A stretch of 64,000 bases of DNA from Candidatus Woesearchaeota archaeon. Lineage in GTDB: Archaea > Nanobdellota > Nanobdellia > Pacearchaeales > GW2011-AR1. The translations under genes were made by a program, and so were the position numbers. Below are positions 47,888 to 56,814 of the stretch, piece by piece. The notes beneath the pieces are model-generated. The model was given only the letters and a program-made list of their open reading frames with translations. It ran no database searches and was not told where the DNA came from. The stretch covers positions 15,218 to 79,217 of the forward strand of contig CAYQOY010000001.1 of assembly GCA_964419275.1 (NCBI GenBank), in the 5' to 3' direction. Positions within the stretch are counted from its first letter, which is position 1, and every line of letters starts with the position of its first letter.

Positions 47888-48913
47888 ATGGGAGAGCTTA
47901 TTCCAAACACAACAACCAAGTTTATTTTGTCTGCAGCTTTGATTATAATAATAACAGTTGCTATTGGCGCTTTGTTTTCAAATTCTTTTCTTCCTTGGAT
48001 TAAAGGTTTTATTACAGAATGGAATCCCTTCCGCCCAGCAGAAGGATGGGAATTGACAATAATAAGTAAAACTGATTTCACAGAGCCAATCCCCGAATGG
48101 GTTATTGATAGATATTTAGAAGAAACTTTTGAAGAATTAACTGAAAAAAATATCTTAAATACTGTTGGTCAAGGTTCTTCTTGTTATAACGAACCCTATC
48201 CCCTCAGAACGAATGTAAACAAAATTGAAGAAGGAAGAGACTTAACAGCTCTTTGGAAGGAATACAAAGAAAACGTAGACACAACTAATCCCTGCACCTC
48301 AAGTTGCTCTTTGAATTGGAAGTTACTTAATCAAAATGAACAAGATCGAGAAAAACTTAAAGAATATCTTTTTTTATGGGGCTTTTGTAAGAATCATAAT
48401 AATTTAGGAAATCTGCAATTCAGTAAATTATCTGACATTTCTGTTCAACCTAATTTAATTCATTTTAGAAATATGATTATTCATAAAAAAGTGTTTGAAG
48501 TAGGTTCGGATTATATCAAAAATATTCTCATTTCTCAAGGAACAGACGCATATAAAATAATTTACCCCTCTTTTTCTGGAACATATGAAAAAGTTTATTC
48601 TGAATTAATCACCGGAAGGGATTATAATGATAAAATCTATTGTCCTCTTTGGAGCAATGGGCAAATAAAAGAGGGGGGAATTTGTAAAGATTCTCGAGTT
48701 AAATCCAACGTTGTGACCTTAGTTTCTAAGGGCGGATTAAATAGAGAAGTTTCTCTTTTTATGGTTTGGACAAATGATGAAGGAAAGCTTATCTGTGAAG
48801 AAGATAAAACTGACAAGTTACTTTCTCCTCGTAGCTCTTGTACTATTAAAATGAATGGAAATAAAGAAATATTTGTTAAAGCAGCTCCTCTCGGACTTTT
48901 AGAAGGCTTTTAA
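47888..48913 (+). CDS. Pilin-like membrane-anchored protein, Cys-containing ectodomain
   Basis: N-terminal TM (TTKFIL...) resembling the upstream prepilin but with no basic leader. Confidence 0.65.
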   Translation: MGELIPNTTTKFILSAALIIIITVAIGALFSNSFLPWIKGFITEWNPFRPAEGWELTIISKTDFTEPIPEWVIDRYLEETFEELTEKNILNTVGQGSSCYNEPYPLRTNVNKIEEGRDLTALWKEYKENVDTTNPCTSSCSLNWKLLNQNEQDREKLKEYLFLWGFCKNHNNLGNLQFSKLSDISVQPNLIHFRNMIIHKKVFEVGSDYIKNILISQGTDAYKIIYPSFSGTYEKVYSELITGRDYNDKIYCPLWSNGQIKEGGICKDSRVKSNVVTLVSKGGLNREVSLFMVWTNDEGKLICEEDKTDKLLSPRSSCTIKMNGNKEIFVKAAPLGLLEGF

Positions 48914-48921
48914 TTAACAAA

Positions 48922-49533
48922 ATGAAAAATAAAAAAGGATTTTTTTTAGCAGAAGAAACGATTCGGTTGATTGTAGGGGCTCTTATTTTAGTAAGTTTAG
49001 TTTCCCTTCTTGCTTTTTTATACTACTCTTCTCAACAAGATCAAGAACTTAAATTTGCAGAGAGTTCTTTAATCTATCTCGTGAGTCGTCTTGAAGCAGG
49101 AGATAAAGAGGTTATTCTTTTTGGACCTAAAGGATGGTACCTCATAGTAAACTCTGCTTGCAGGAATCTTGAAAATGTTCCTTGTATGTGCTTGCAAAAA
49201 GGACTTGGTTTTGGAGATTCTCCTGGAGAAGCCCAAAAAAGTGTTTGCATCAAAAATGATTTGAACATTAAAGTTTATCACGGCGAGACAGTATATGAAG
49301 AGATTTCCTCAGGTGTACAAGTGATTTGCGAAAGCGCTATTATGCTTAGTCCCCCTCAAAAAATCTGGGTTAAATCTTCTCCAGATAAAAAAATTCCATA
49401 TATTTTAACATTACAAGAATCTATAGAAATTTCAAATAACGCAGAATTTAAAGAGGGATGTAAATCTTCAATAGTAGAGTCCCCTTCAAATTCAAATGAA
49501 GTTAGACCTCGTATAGAAGGGAGTGATGCATAA
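48922..49533 (+). CDS. Pilin-like protein, class III signal peptide
   Basis: MKNKKG|FFLAEETIRLIVGALILV. Confidence 0.8.
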   Translation: MKNKKGFFLAEETIRLIVGALILVSLVSLLAFLYYSSQQDQELKFAESSLIYLVSRLEAGDKEVILFGPKGWYLIVNSACRNLENVPCMCLQKGLGFGDSPGEAQKSVCIKNDLNIKVYHGETVYEEISSGVQVICESAIMLSPPQKIWVKSSPDKKIPYILTLQESIEISNNAEFKEGCKSSIVESPSNSNEVRPRIEGSDA

Positions 49534-49634
49534 TGGAATTTGAAACTTTAATAAAATATTTAATATGGATTATTTTTGTAGGGATAGCCTTAGCTGCAAT
49601 TTATTCCTTATTTAATAAAGCAGGAGTTATCTAA
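49533..49634 (+). CDS. 33-aa hydrophobic micro-protein (absent from ORF track)
   Basis: MEFETLIKYLIWIIFVGIALAAIYSLFNKAGVI; start overlaps the previous stop (TAATG), stop abuts the next ATG. Confidence 0.65.
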   Translation: MEFETLIKYLIWIIFVGIALAAIYSLFNKAGVI

Positions 49635-50630
49635 ATGAAATTCAATAAAAAAGGAGAAGTCGATGCGCAGATATTGAAAATAATCTTAGTAATAGCAGCA
49701 TTTTTGATAATTATTCTTTTAGTTATAAGATTTAATTTCACTAAGTCTATTGAGGATAATGTTTGTCGAGCTTCTATTTCTTTACAGTCTAAAGGAGGAA
49801 TTATTGGGGGCATTGCGAATAATGCTTTTTCTGCAAACTGTAAAACAAATTATGTTTGCATTTCTGGAGGAAAAAAGTGTTTGGGAATAAATCCAACAGA
49901 AACAATCAAGGTTGACGCCTCAGATAAAACTGAAATTATGAAAGCGATTGCAGATGAAATGGTTGATTGCTGGTGGGCTTATGGTGAAGGTAAAATGGCT
50001 TTTGCCGAAAGAGAAACTTGGAAAACAAATCTTGCTTGTGCAGCTTGTTCAAGAATTGTTTTTGACGAAAAAATTCAACAAACACAAGCAGAGATTTCTT
50101 ATCAAGATTTTTATAACTTTTTAACAGATTTTAAAAAATCCCCTTCTGAAACTTATTCTCAGTATATGTATAACACTAATAATGTAGACTATATCAATAA
50201 CCAATTTTCTGGAATTCGTTATAATTCAGTTTTTAGGCTTAGTTATATAAAAGATTATATCAAAAGCGAGGATTTAACTTTTAATCGAAAATTAGATTTT
50301 AAAAAAGATTATTACATCATAATTGGTTCTGCAAGACAGTCTTGGTTTGATGATAATTCTAATTGGATTTTTGGAGCAGCTGCAACAATTGTAGTTGGAG
50401 GAACATTACTTGCTACTGGCGGGACTGCTGCCCCTATTGTTATGGGAATCTCCACTGTTGCAAAAGGGACTGCGATAGGATTAGCTGGAGCAGGAACAGT
50501 TGGGGCAACTTTGATTTATAACTCGGTATTTAAACCAACAGATGATTCATACATTTTTTCTCCGATTATTTTAGAAGCTGATTCTTTAAAAGAAGTTCAG
50601 TGCCAAGAATACATAACTCTCCCCGGATAA
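49635..50630 (+). CDS. Pilin-like protein with Cys-rich domain and internal Gly/Ala-rich hydrophobic hairpin
   Basis: MKFNKKG|EVDAQILKIILVI; IADEMVDCWW..GEGK; C..CS.I.FD. Confidence 0.8.
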   Translation: MKFNKKGEVDAQILKIILVIAAFLIIILLVIRFNFTKSIEDNVCRASISLQSKGGIIGGIANNAFSANCKTNYVCISGGKKCLGINPTETIKVDASDKTEIMKAIADEMVDCWWAYGEGKMAFAERETWKTNLACAACSRIVFDEKIQQTQAEISYQDFYNFLTDFKKSPSETYSQYMYNTNNVDYINNQFSGIRYNSVFRLSYIKDYIKSEDLTFNRKLDFKKDYYIIIGSARQSWFDDNSNWIFGAAATIVVGGTLLATGGTAAPIVMGISTVAKGTAIGLAGAGTVGATLIYNSVFKPTDDSYIFSPIILEADSLKEVQCQEYITLPG

Positions 50631-50686
50631 GCAGCTTCTTTATTTTCTATAAACATTTATTAATCTGTTTTTGTATTTTTTATAGT

Positions 50687-51106
50687 ATGAAATTATTAGG
50701 GATTAAGAGTAAAAGAGGAGAAAGTCTTTTGATGGAGAATATAATGTTTATTCTTATAACTGCTGTTTTTTTGGCAATGTTGATTACTTTTCTTGTTTCC
50801 AAGATGAATAGCCTTGCGATTTATGAAGAAATTTATGCAAAGAAAATAGCTTTGATATTAGATTATGCAAAGCCTGAGATGAAGATAGAAATTAATCTGG
50901 ATGATATCATGCCCAAAGAGAAATTAGAAAAAGAAGGCATAAGTTTTGATGGTTCTGTTTTTATTCAAGGTAATTTAGTTAATGTTAAACTTTATCCTGA
51001 AGGTAAAGGCTATTCTTATGCTTTTTTCAGTGATGTAAAAATTACTAGTTATTATTACAGTGCAGATAGAAACTCTTATGTTTTTATAATCGGGGGGTAT
51101 AACTGA
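50687..51106 (+). CDS. Pilin-like protein, class III signal peptide
   Basis: MKLLGIKSKRG|ESLLMENIMFILI; start moved to ATG 50687. Confidence 0.78.
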   Translation: MKLLGIKSKRGESLLMENIMFILITAVFLAMLITFLVSKMNSLAIYEEIYAKKIALILDYAKPEMKIEINLDDIMPKEKLEKEGISFDGSVFIQGNLVNVKLYPEGKGYSYAFFSDVKITSYYYSADRNSYVFIIGGYN

Positions 51107-51107
51107 A

Positions 51108-51623
51108 ATGCTCAATAAAAAAGGGGGACAAAAAGTTCTTTTTGTTTACTGGTTTGCGATATTCGTTATTATCACTGGCGGAGTGGTGTATATGGCTTCT
51201 GTTTTTTACGGAGCTCCTCACAATGTAAGAGAAGTTGAGTCCCAAGCACTTTTAGAAAGGGCTGTTGATTGTATTTCTGAAAAAGGGTATATTCATGAAG
51301 ATTTTTTAAATAAAAAAATAACTGATGAAACTCTCCTGGATTTTTGTCATTTCAATTTTGAAATTCCTTCCTCGGAAAAAAATCCGGTTGGTCAATATTA
51401 TCTTAAAATTGAATTTTTCAAATTTGATTCTTCTAAAGATTTAGCGATGGGAGAAAAAGTTTTAAGTTTAAACGCAGGAAATCCAAATCTTGATGCACCC
51501 CGGGAAATTTTAAAAGAGAATTATATTTCTCCGAAATTTGTTTATCTTTTAGACAAACAAGGCAATCCTTATGTAATTAAAATTAGCTCTATTGTGGGAA
51601 AGTTCAACGAAAATGTTAAATAA
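51108..51623 (+). CDS. Pilin-like protein, class III signal peptide
   Basis: MLNKKGGQKVLFVYWFAIFVII. Confidence 0.75.
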   Translation: MLNKKGGQKVLFVYWFAIFVIITGGVVYMASVFYGAPHNVREVESQALLERAVDCISEKGYIHEDFLNKKITDETLLDFCHFNFEIPSSEKNPVGQYYLKIEFFKFDSSKDLAMGEKVLSLNAGNPNLDAPREILKENYISPKFVYLLDKQGNPYVIKISSIVGKFNENVK

Positions 51624-52098
51624 AAAAGCTCAAGTTGGAGAAGGAATAACCTGGATTTTCACAACAATTGTGATAATTGTTTTTTTAGTTGCAGCAGTTC
51701 TTATAACTGACAAACTAGTGGAGGTAAAAGGATGGGCAACTAAAGCGCGAGAGATTTTTTCTCTTAAAGAGCAAACAGAAAAAATTGATAAGGATTTTAT
51801 TTTTTCCAAGTCTGTTTCAAGTTTTTTGTTAGTTAAAAGTTCAGACTCTGAAAAATTGTTTGGTTTGAAACCAAGAATAATCTCTTCGGGGATAGTTGAA
51901 GTTTCGGAATTTATCTTTGGAAATCTAGACCCCGTTCATTTAGGGCCAATTGGCAATCTTATCTCTGTATTAATTAATGAAGAAGCCGGAGTTTTCAGCG
52001 GTCCGCAATCAGAGAATCTCCCTTTGAAAAATTTAGAAAATCTATTCAGCACAATTAAATCTCAAGCAAATCTCGGAGGTATTGGTGAGAAATTATAA
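51613..52098 (+). CDS. Pilin-like protein, class III signal peptide
   Basis: MLNKKA|QVGEGITWIFTTIVIIVFL; start moved to ATG 51613. Confidence 0.82.
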   Translation: MLNKKAQVGEGITWIFTTIVIIVFLVAAVLITDKLVEVKGWATKAREIFSLKEQTEKIDKDFIFSKSVSSFLLVKSSDSEKLFGLKPRIISSGIVEVSEFIFGNLDPVHLGPIGNLISVLINEEAGVFSGPQSENLPLKNLENLFSTIKSQANLGGIGEKL

Positions 52099-52106
52099 TT
52101 TTTAAA

Positions 52107-52454
52107 ATGATGAATCGAAAAAAAGCAACATCAATTCCGATTATGGTTTTAGTTATAGGTGCTTTAGTGGTTTTCACTTTTGCAATAATGAGCTTTGTGA
52201 AAAATTTATCTAGCACTAGAAGCACTTCTTTAGATTTAGAGCCATTGAAAGAAGTTTATATCGATGCAGTAGGATTTTATTTTTACAGGAATCTAGGGCA
52301 GTCAAACGAAGAAGCTTTCAATAAGATAAATAACCCTGAATCAGGAAAGTCTGTGAAATTAGAAAAAGATTATTTGACAATCTCTCGTTCAAAAGGTTCT
52401 GTTTCTGTTCTTTATCGCATTAATATTAAAGAGATTTCTTCTGAAGGTGAATAA
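52107..52454 (+). CDS. Pilin-like protein, class III signal peptide
   Basis: MMNRKKA|TSIPIMVLVIGALVV. Confidence 0.78.
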   Translation: MMNRKKATSIPIMVLVIGALVVFTFAIMSFVKNLSSTRSTSLDLEPLKEVYIDAVGFYFYRNLGQSNEEAFNKINNPESGKSVKLEKDYLTISRSKGSVSVLYRINIKEISSEGE

Positions 52455-52509
52455 TCCAAGGAAAGCAAATCATAGAAATATTTATAAATCCCTACTGAAT
52501 ATTCTTGAT

Positions 52510-53436
52510 ATGCACAACAAAAGAGGTCAAGAATTTGGAATAAATTCTGCTGTACTTATTGTTATAGTTATCATTGTTCTTGGAATAATTGTTGCTGGAG
52601 TTTCCATGGGCTGGGAAAATTTAACTGCCTGGATTCAGCCAGACACTGTTTCTATAACTGCAGGAAAATGCTCTACTTCTTGTGGAGTGAATAATCAAAT
52701 AGATTTTTGTTCAAGTCCTAAATCCTTTAAAGCAAGCAGAGCAACAGTTCGCGCAGTTACAAGTGACGAAGCTCTTGCAACATATAACCTTTCATATAAA
52801 AATGAGCAAAAACTATTCCAATCAGTAAGAGAAGAATATCTTAAGAAAACATTTGAATATCAGATTTATAATACTAGTGCAGGAATATATCAAATTCCTA
52901 CAGATTATAATCCTACCAAATACACACATCCAGATAATAATTCTATTAATATCTCTGATTTCCTTAAAAATAAAGGTGTCACAGACCCAGAAAATTATCT
53001 TTCTCCTTCAAAGTTAATTAAACTAATTCCTAAAGCAGGTGAAGAAGGTTACTTAAAATCTAATGCAATTTTCCCAGAATTGTTTGCACTCGATGCTTCA
53101 CCAACAGACGGGAAGAGCATTAAATTTAAGAGTTTAGATTCTTCAACAGGAGAGGACACAGAACTTAGAAATACCTTAATCGAGTTAGCTAAAGATTCTG
53201 CTACCCGAAATTATTTAACAGCAGCAAAAAATTTAATGTATTATATGCAAGTAAAAGAAAAAGAAGGTTCTATAACTGGAATTAAAGTTAATGAATTTTC
53301 TTGCGCAGCTTTATCCGAACACCCTGTTTGGAAAGAATACTTCAAGAAATGTAGAGAGGATAACTTACTTTGTGAAGGGAAAAGTGCAGCAAGCAGTTCA
53401 GACTTAGAGACCTACTTAAAGATTAAACAAAGATAG
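52510..53436 (+). CDS. Pilin-like protein; Cys module split by a large insertion
   Basis: MHNKRG|QEFGINSAVLIVIV; CSTSC...FC early and SCAALS...C...C at the C-terminus. Confidence 0.8.
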   Translation: MHNKRGQEFGINSAVLIVIVIIVLGIIVAGVSMGWENLTAWIQPDTVSITAGKCSTSCGVNNQIDFCSSPKSFKASRATVRAVTSDEALATYNLSYKNEQKLFQSVREEYLKKTFEYQIYNTSAGIYQIPTDYNPTKYTHPDNNSINISDFLKNKGVTDPENYLSPSKLIKLIPKAGEEGYLKSNAIFPELFALDASPTDGKSIKFKSLDSSTGEDTELRNTLIELAKDSATRNYLTAAKNLMYYMQVKEKEGSITGIKVNEFSCAALSEHPVWKEYFKKCREDNLLCEGKSAASSSDLETYLKIKQR

Positions 53437-53510
53437 ATATAGCCATTTAATCTATTTTTTATCTTTCTTAAACTCGCAAGAATTATAAACTAGATTTTAT
53501 TTTTTTGTTT

Positions 53511-54869
53511 ATGAAATATCAAAGAGGACAAGCTGTAGTTTCGCATAGTTTAATTTATTTTATTATTGCTTTAATGGTTCTTGTAGGCTTGTTGGTTTAC
53601 TTAACCTTGGGCAAGGAGATTATTCCTAGGCAAGACACTAATTTAGATGATTTAGCTTCTCAGTGCGATACATTGTGTTCTCTTAAAGATCAAGAAGGAT
53701 TTTGCGAGAATATCCGTCCATTAGTAATAAAAGGCAAGAAAGTGGAAACAGAAACTTGCGCTTCTCTTGCAAGAGATTATCCAAATATCTTCCAAGGATG
53801 TTCTTTTTTTAGTTGCTCTAATTCTCAGGCATACTCTTTTTATTCCTATGTCAGTTCAGGCGGGTTTATTCAACAAAGCACAGGGTTGCTTGAAAATGGG
53901 GTTATATTAAATGTATTTAATACTCAGATGGAAGATGTCCTTCCAGATGCTTTTAAAGTTAGTCTTGATGATATAACCGAAGCAAGAGCAATATTAAATA
54001 ATAAAGGCATACTTTCAGGAGCAGACATTGATGCAGGAATTGGCCCGCGATTTTCTTCTGCACTTATTCTTTTCCAGTTGGAATATCTTGGAAAAGATAA
54101 GGTTACAGGGCTTCCAAATAAAGAAACTTTAGATGAGCTAGCAAAGTTAAAAAATTCCGACGGAACAATAAACTTGCCTTCCTTTCAAAGTTGGGGCAAA
54201 CCAGAACCCACAGATTGGAGCAAGAGTCAGGGCAGTTTAAATATAAACGACTTAGTGGTTTTGCCTTCTGCAGAAAAATCCGCTTCTGGGAAAACACTAT
54301 ACGCTTTTGTCGAAAAAGAAACAGCAATTGCTTGGGCGTTTTTAATCCGAGAAGCTATGGAAGAAACAGAGCCAGAATTAGATTTAGAAAGATTTGTTTT
54401 AGTCGATGCAGACGGGGGCTATAGGCCTTTGTATAACCAAATGGTAGTGTTGTTACAATATGGGTGTTGCAAGTATAAAGATTCTTGTAAATCTTTTCCT
54501 AGCCCTCAATTAAGCACTTATGTAAATATTCCTGCTTGGGATAATAAAGATTCTGCTAAAAACTGGATTGAGAAAAATTATAATGCTTACTGCAACAACC
54601 CTGGAGAATTGGAGTTTAATAATCTCTTATCGCAGATTAATACCGGAGCTTTAAAAGGAACAGCCACTGGAGCTCATTCAAGAGGAACAGCATTAGATTT
54701 TAATTTGAAAAATAATCAGAATATAATGTCAGATGTTCAAGGAAAATGGTTAGAAGAAAATGGGAGAAATTTTGGTTTTTGCCCTTATCTAAATAAAGAC
54801 ACACCCGAACCTAATGATTATATTGAAACTTGGCATTGGGAGTATAAAGGCGTTGATGGTTGTTCTTAA
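53511..54869 (+). CDS. Pilin-like protein fused to a peptidoglycan-binding domain and an M15 (VanY-like) peptidase
   Basis: MKYQRG|QAVV+TM; Cys module; IDAGIGPRFSSALILFQ...VTGLPNKETLDEL; GYRP..NQ, GAHSRGTALD, WLEENGRNFGF, ETWHWEY. Confidence 0.85.
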   Translation: MKYQRGQAVVSHSLIYFIIALMVLVGLLVYLTLGKEIIPRQDTNLDDLASQCDTLCSLKDQEGFCENIRPLVIKGKKVETETCASLARDYPNIFQGCSFFSCSNSQAYSFYSYVSSGGFIQQSTGLLENGVILNVFNTQMEDVLPDAFKVSLDDITEARAILNNKGILSGADIDAGIGPRFSSALILFQLEYLGKDKVTGLPNKETLDELAKLKNSDGTINLPSFQSWGKPEPTDWSKSQGSLNINDLVVLPSAEKSASGKTLYAFVEKETAIAWAFLIREAMEETEPELDLERFVLVDADGGYRPLYNQMVVLLQYGCCKYKDSCKSFPSPQLSTYVNIPAWDNKDSAKNWIEKNYNAYCNNPGELEFNNLLSQINTGALKGTATGAHSRGTALDFNLKNNQNIMSDVQGKWLEENGRNFGFCPYLNKDTPEPNDYIETWHWEYKGVDGCS

Positions 54870-54908
54870 TTGCGAAATTATTATAAACTCTTTTTTATTT
54901 TAATAAAC

Positions 54909-55643
54909 ATGAACAAAAGAGGACAAGAGTATGTAATTACTATGATTGTAGTTCTCGCTTTAATGACTTTAATTCTTGGGCTTTATATGGGTTGGATTGA
55001 CACAAGCATTCCAGTGATAAATAGTCTTATAGGAAAAGAAAACCTTGATTTGAGAGTGCAAGAGTGTAATAATGCTTGCAATAGCATTCCTCCCCAATCA
55101 TATGCTTATTGCCAAAAAACTAGAAAGCTTACACTTCCCGATAAAAAGAAAACAGAAGGAACTTGTTACGAATTTTCTAGGGGAGAAAATATCCCCGCAG
55201 AATATAAATCTTATTTTCAATCTTGCGAAAAAATAAATTGTGAAGAATTTTTAGGTGGAGTAGAAGCAGAGGAGGAAGATGGGGGGGAAGATGAAGAAGC
55301 TGAATCGCCTTTAAATCCGGAAAATCTTATTCTCAAGATGAATGCGTATACCTTAAAAAGCGGAGAAAGTAGAGTACTAGATTTAAATAATAATAATTTA
55401 TACAAAATTATAGGATCTAATAGTGCTGCAATTCCTTTAGCAACAATCATTCTTTCTAAAGATATAAACAGCTGTGATTATCCCCCTATTAAGATTAATG
55501 CAGGAACCTATTCCCTTTTGTCAATGGTGTACGATCTTAATAACCACCAAAACGTTAAATATTTTATTGATGACACTATTGATAATGGTAAAAATCCTTG
55601 TGTTCGTTTAAATCAGTTTACCTTTAAAGAATGGCTTATCTAA
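54909..55643 (+). CDS. Pilin-like protein: Cys module, acidic linker, unknown C-terminal domain
   Basis: MNKRG|QEYVITMIVVLAL; NLD..VQECNNAC...YC...GTC...C..INC. Confidence 0.8.
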   Translation: MNKRGQEYVITMIVVLALMTLILGLYMGWIDTSIPVINSLIGKENLDLRVQECNNACNSIPPQSYAYCQKTRKLTLPDKKKTEGTCYEFSRGENIPAEYKSYFQSCEKINCEEFLGGVEAEEEDGGEDEEAESPLNPENLILKMNAYTLKSGESRVLDLNNNNLYKIIGSNSAAIPLATIILSKDINSCDYPPIKINAGTYSLLSMVYDLNNHQNVKYFIDDTIDNGKNPCVRLNQFTFKEWLI

Positions 55644-55703
55644 TTCTCTTTGTTGTTTCTTTTCTCCGAAAATGTTTATAAATTCTCGAAGGCTCTAATG
55701 GCT

Positions 55704-56666
55704 ATGAGGGGAATTGAAAACAAACGAGCGCAGGGTGCATCCATTGAAACAGTCATAGGTTTTGTTTTAGGTGCAATAGTTTTGGTTTTAGCAATTTTTT
55801 ATTTCACTGGAAACTTTGATTTAATATTAAATTTGTTTTTTAGGGAGAATGTTGATAAAATTATTGCAAAATGTGATTCTTTTTGCGATTTAAAGCAAAC
55901 ATATAACTATTGCGAGTTAAATCAAAAAGTTGTTTTTTCATCAAAAGAAAAAGAACAAGGTTCTTGCTATGCTCTTTCACTGGCTTATTCATATTTTCCT
56001 AGCTGTCCTTCTTTGGATTGTCAAACTAGAGCACGACAACTTTTAAGTGATTCAAAATATGACCTTGTCGAGGGGAATACAATGAGAGGTGATAAATCTA
56101 AGATTTCCCAAGTTCTTGAATCAGCGAAAAATCTTGAAACAACAAAATCCAGCCGTTCTTGTAATTGTGGAACAAGTTGTGATGATTATGCGGGATATTT
56201 AATTGCTGCAGCACAACAAGTAAATTCAGCTGGATTTTCCAAAGATCCTTTAGATCCTTTGTTGATTGCTGCTTTGTTGATGCAAGAAACAAATTGCAAT
56301 GCTCAAGCAGGATTTCCCTACACGACTTCTGGAAAAGCATATGGGATTGCTCAAATTGTTCCGAGTGTTTGGTGTGGACAGACGCCCCTCTTAAGTGTTC
56401 AAACATCTGCTTGTGTAAACCAGCTTAAATCTGCTGAAACAAGCATACTTTCTGCTGCAGATATTTTAAAAAAGAATTATCGAGTAGGAGATAAACTGTT
56501 TGAAGGTGCTTGTATTGTTGAGTATTCTTCTAAAAAATATTCTGGCTGGGCAGCTGCATTAAGAGGCTATGTTGGTTGGGGATGTGCTGAAGGGCATGAC
56601 TCTTATGTAACAGATGTTATACTTCTTTACACTCAATTAAAAGAAAAGTATAATTCCTTGAACTAA
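55704..56666 (+). CDS. Pilin-like protein fused to an SLT (lytic transglycosylase-like) domain
   Basis: ENKRA|QGASIETVIGFVL; Cys module; LDPLLIAALLMQET, AYGIAQI, SILSAADIL, WAAALRGY...YV..V. Confidence 0.8.
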   Translation: MRGIENKRAQGASIETVIGFVLGAIVLVLAIFYFTGNFDLILNLFFRENVDKIIAKCDSFCDLKQTYNYCELNQKVVFSSKEKEQGSCYALSLAYSYFPSCPSLDCQTRARQLLSDSKYDLVEGNTMRGDKSKISQVLESAKNLETTKSSRSCNCGTSCDDYAGYLIAAAQQVNSAGFSKDPLDPLLIAALLMQETNCNAQAGFPYTTSGKAYGIAQIVPSVWCGQTPLLSVQTSACVNQLKSAETSILSAADILKKNYRVGDKLFEGACIVEYSSKKYSGWAAALRGYVGWGCAEGHDSYVTDVILLYTQLKEKYNSLN

Positions 56667-56692
56667 ATTCAAATTTCCAATTAAAAACTAAG

Positions 56693-56806
56693 ATGTCAGA
56701 TTATGCTGTTCCGGACAAGAGAAATAAGGGAAAAGATAAGAAAAAGAATAGAAAGAAGTATCCTTACAGGCATGGCGGGAAGCAAAGAACAAAAGAGGAG
56801 ATTTAA
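56693..56806 (+). CDS. Possible 37-aa basic micro-protein
   Basis: MSDYAVPDKRNKGKDKKKNRKKYPYRHGGKQRTKEEI fills the gap before the peptidase; no family recognised. Confidence 0.4.
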   Translation: MSDYAVPDKRNKGKDKKKNRKKYPYRHGGKQRTKEEI

Positions 56807-56814
56807 TCGTATCT

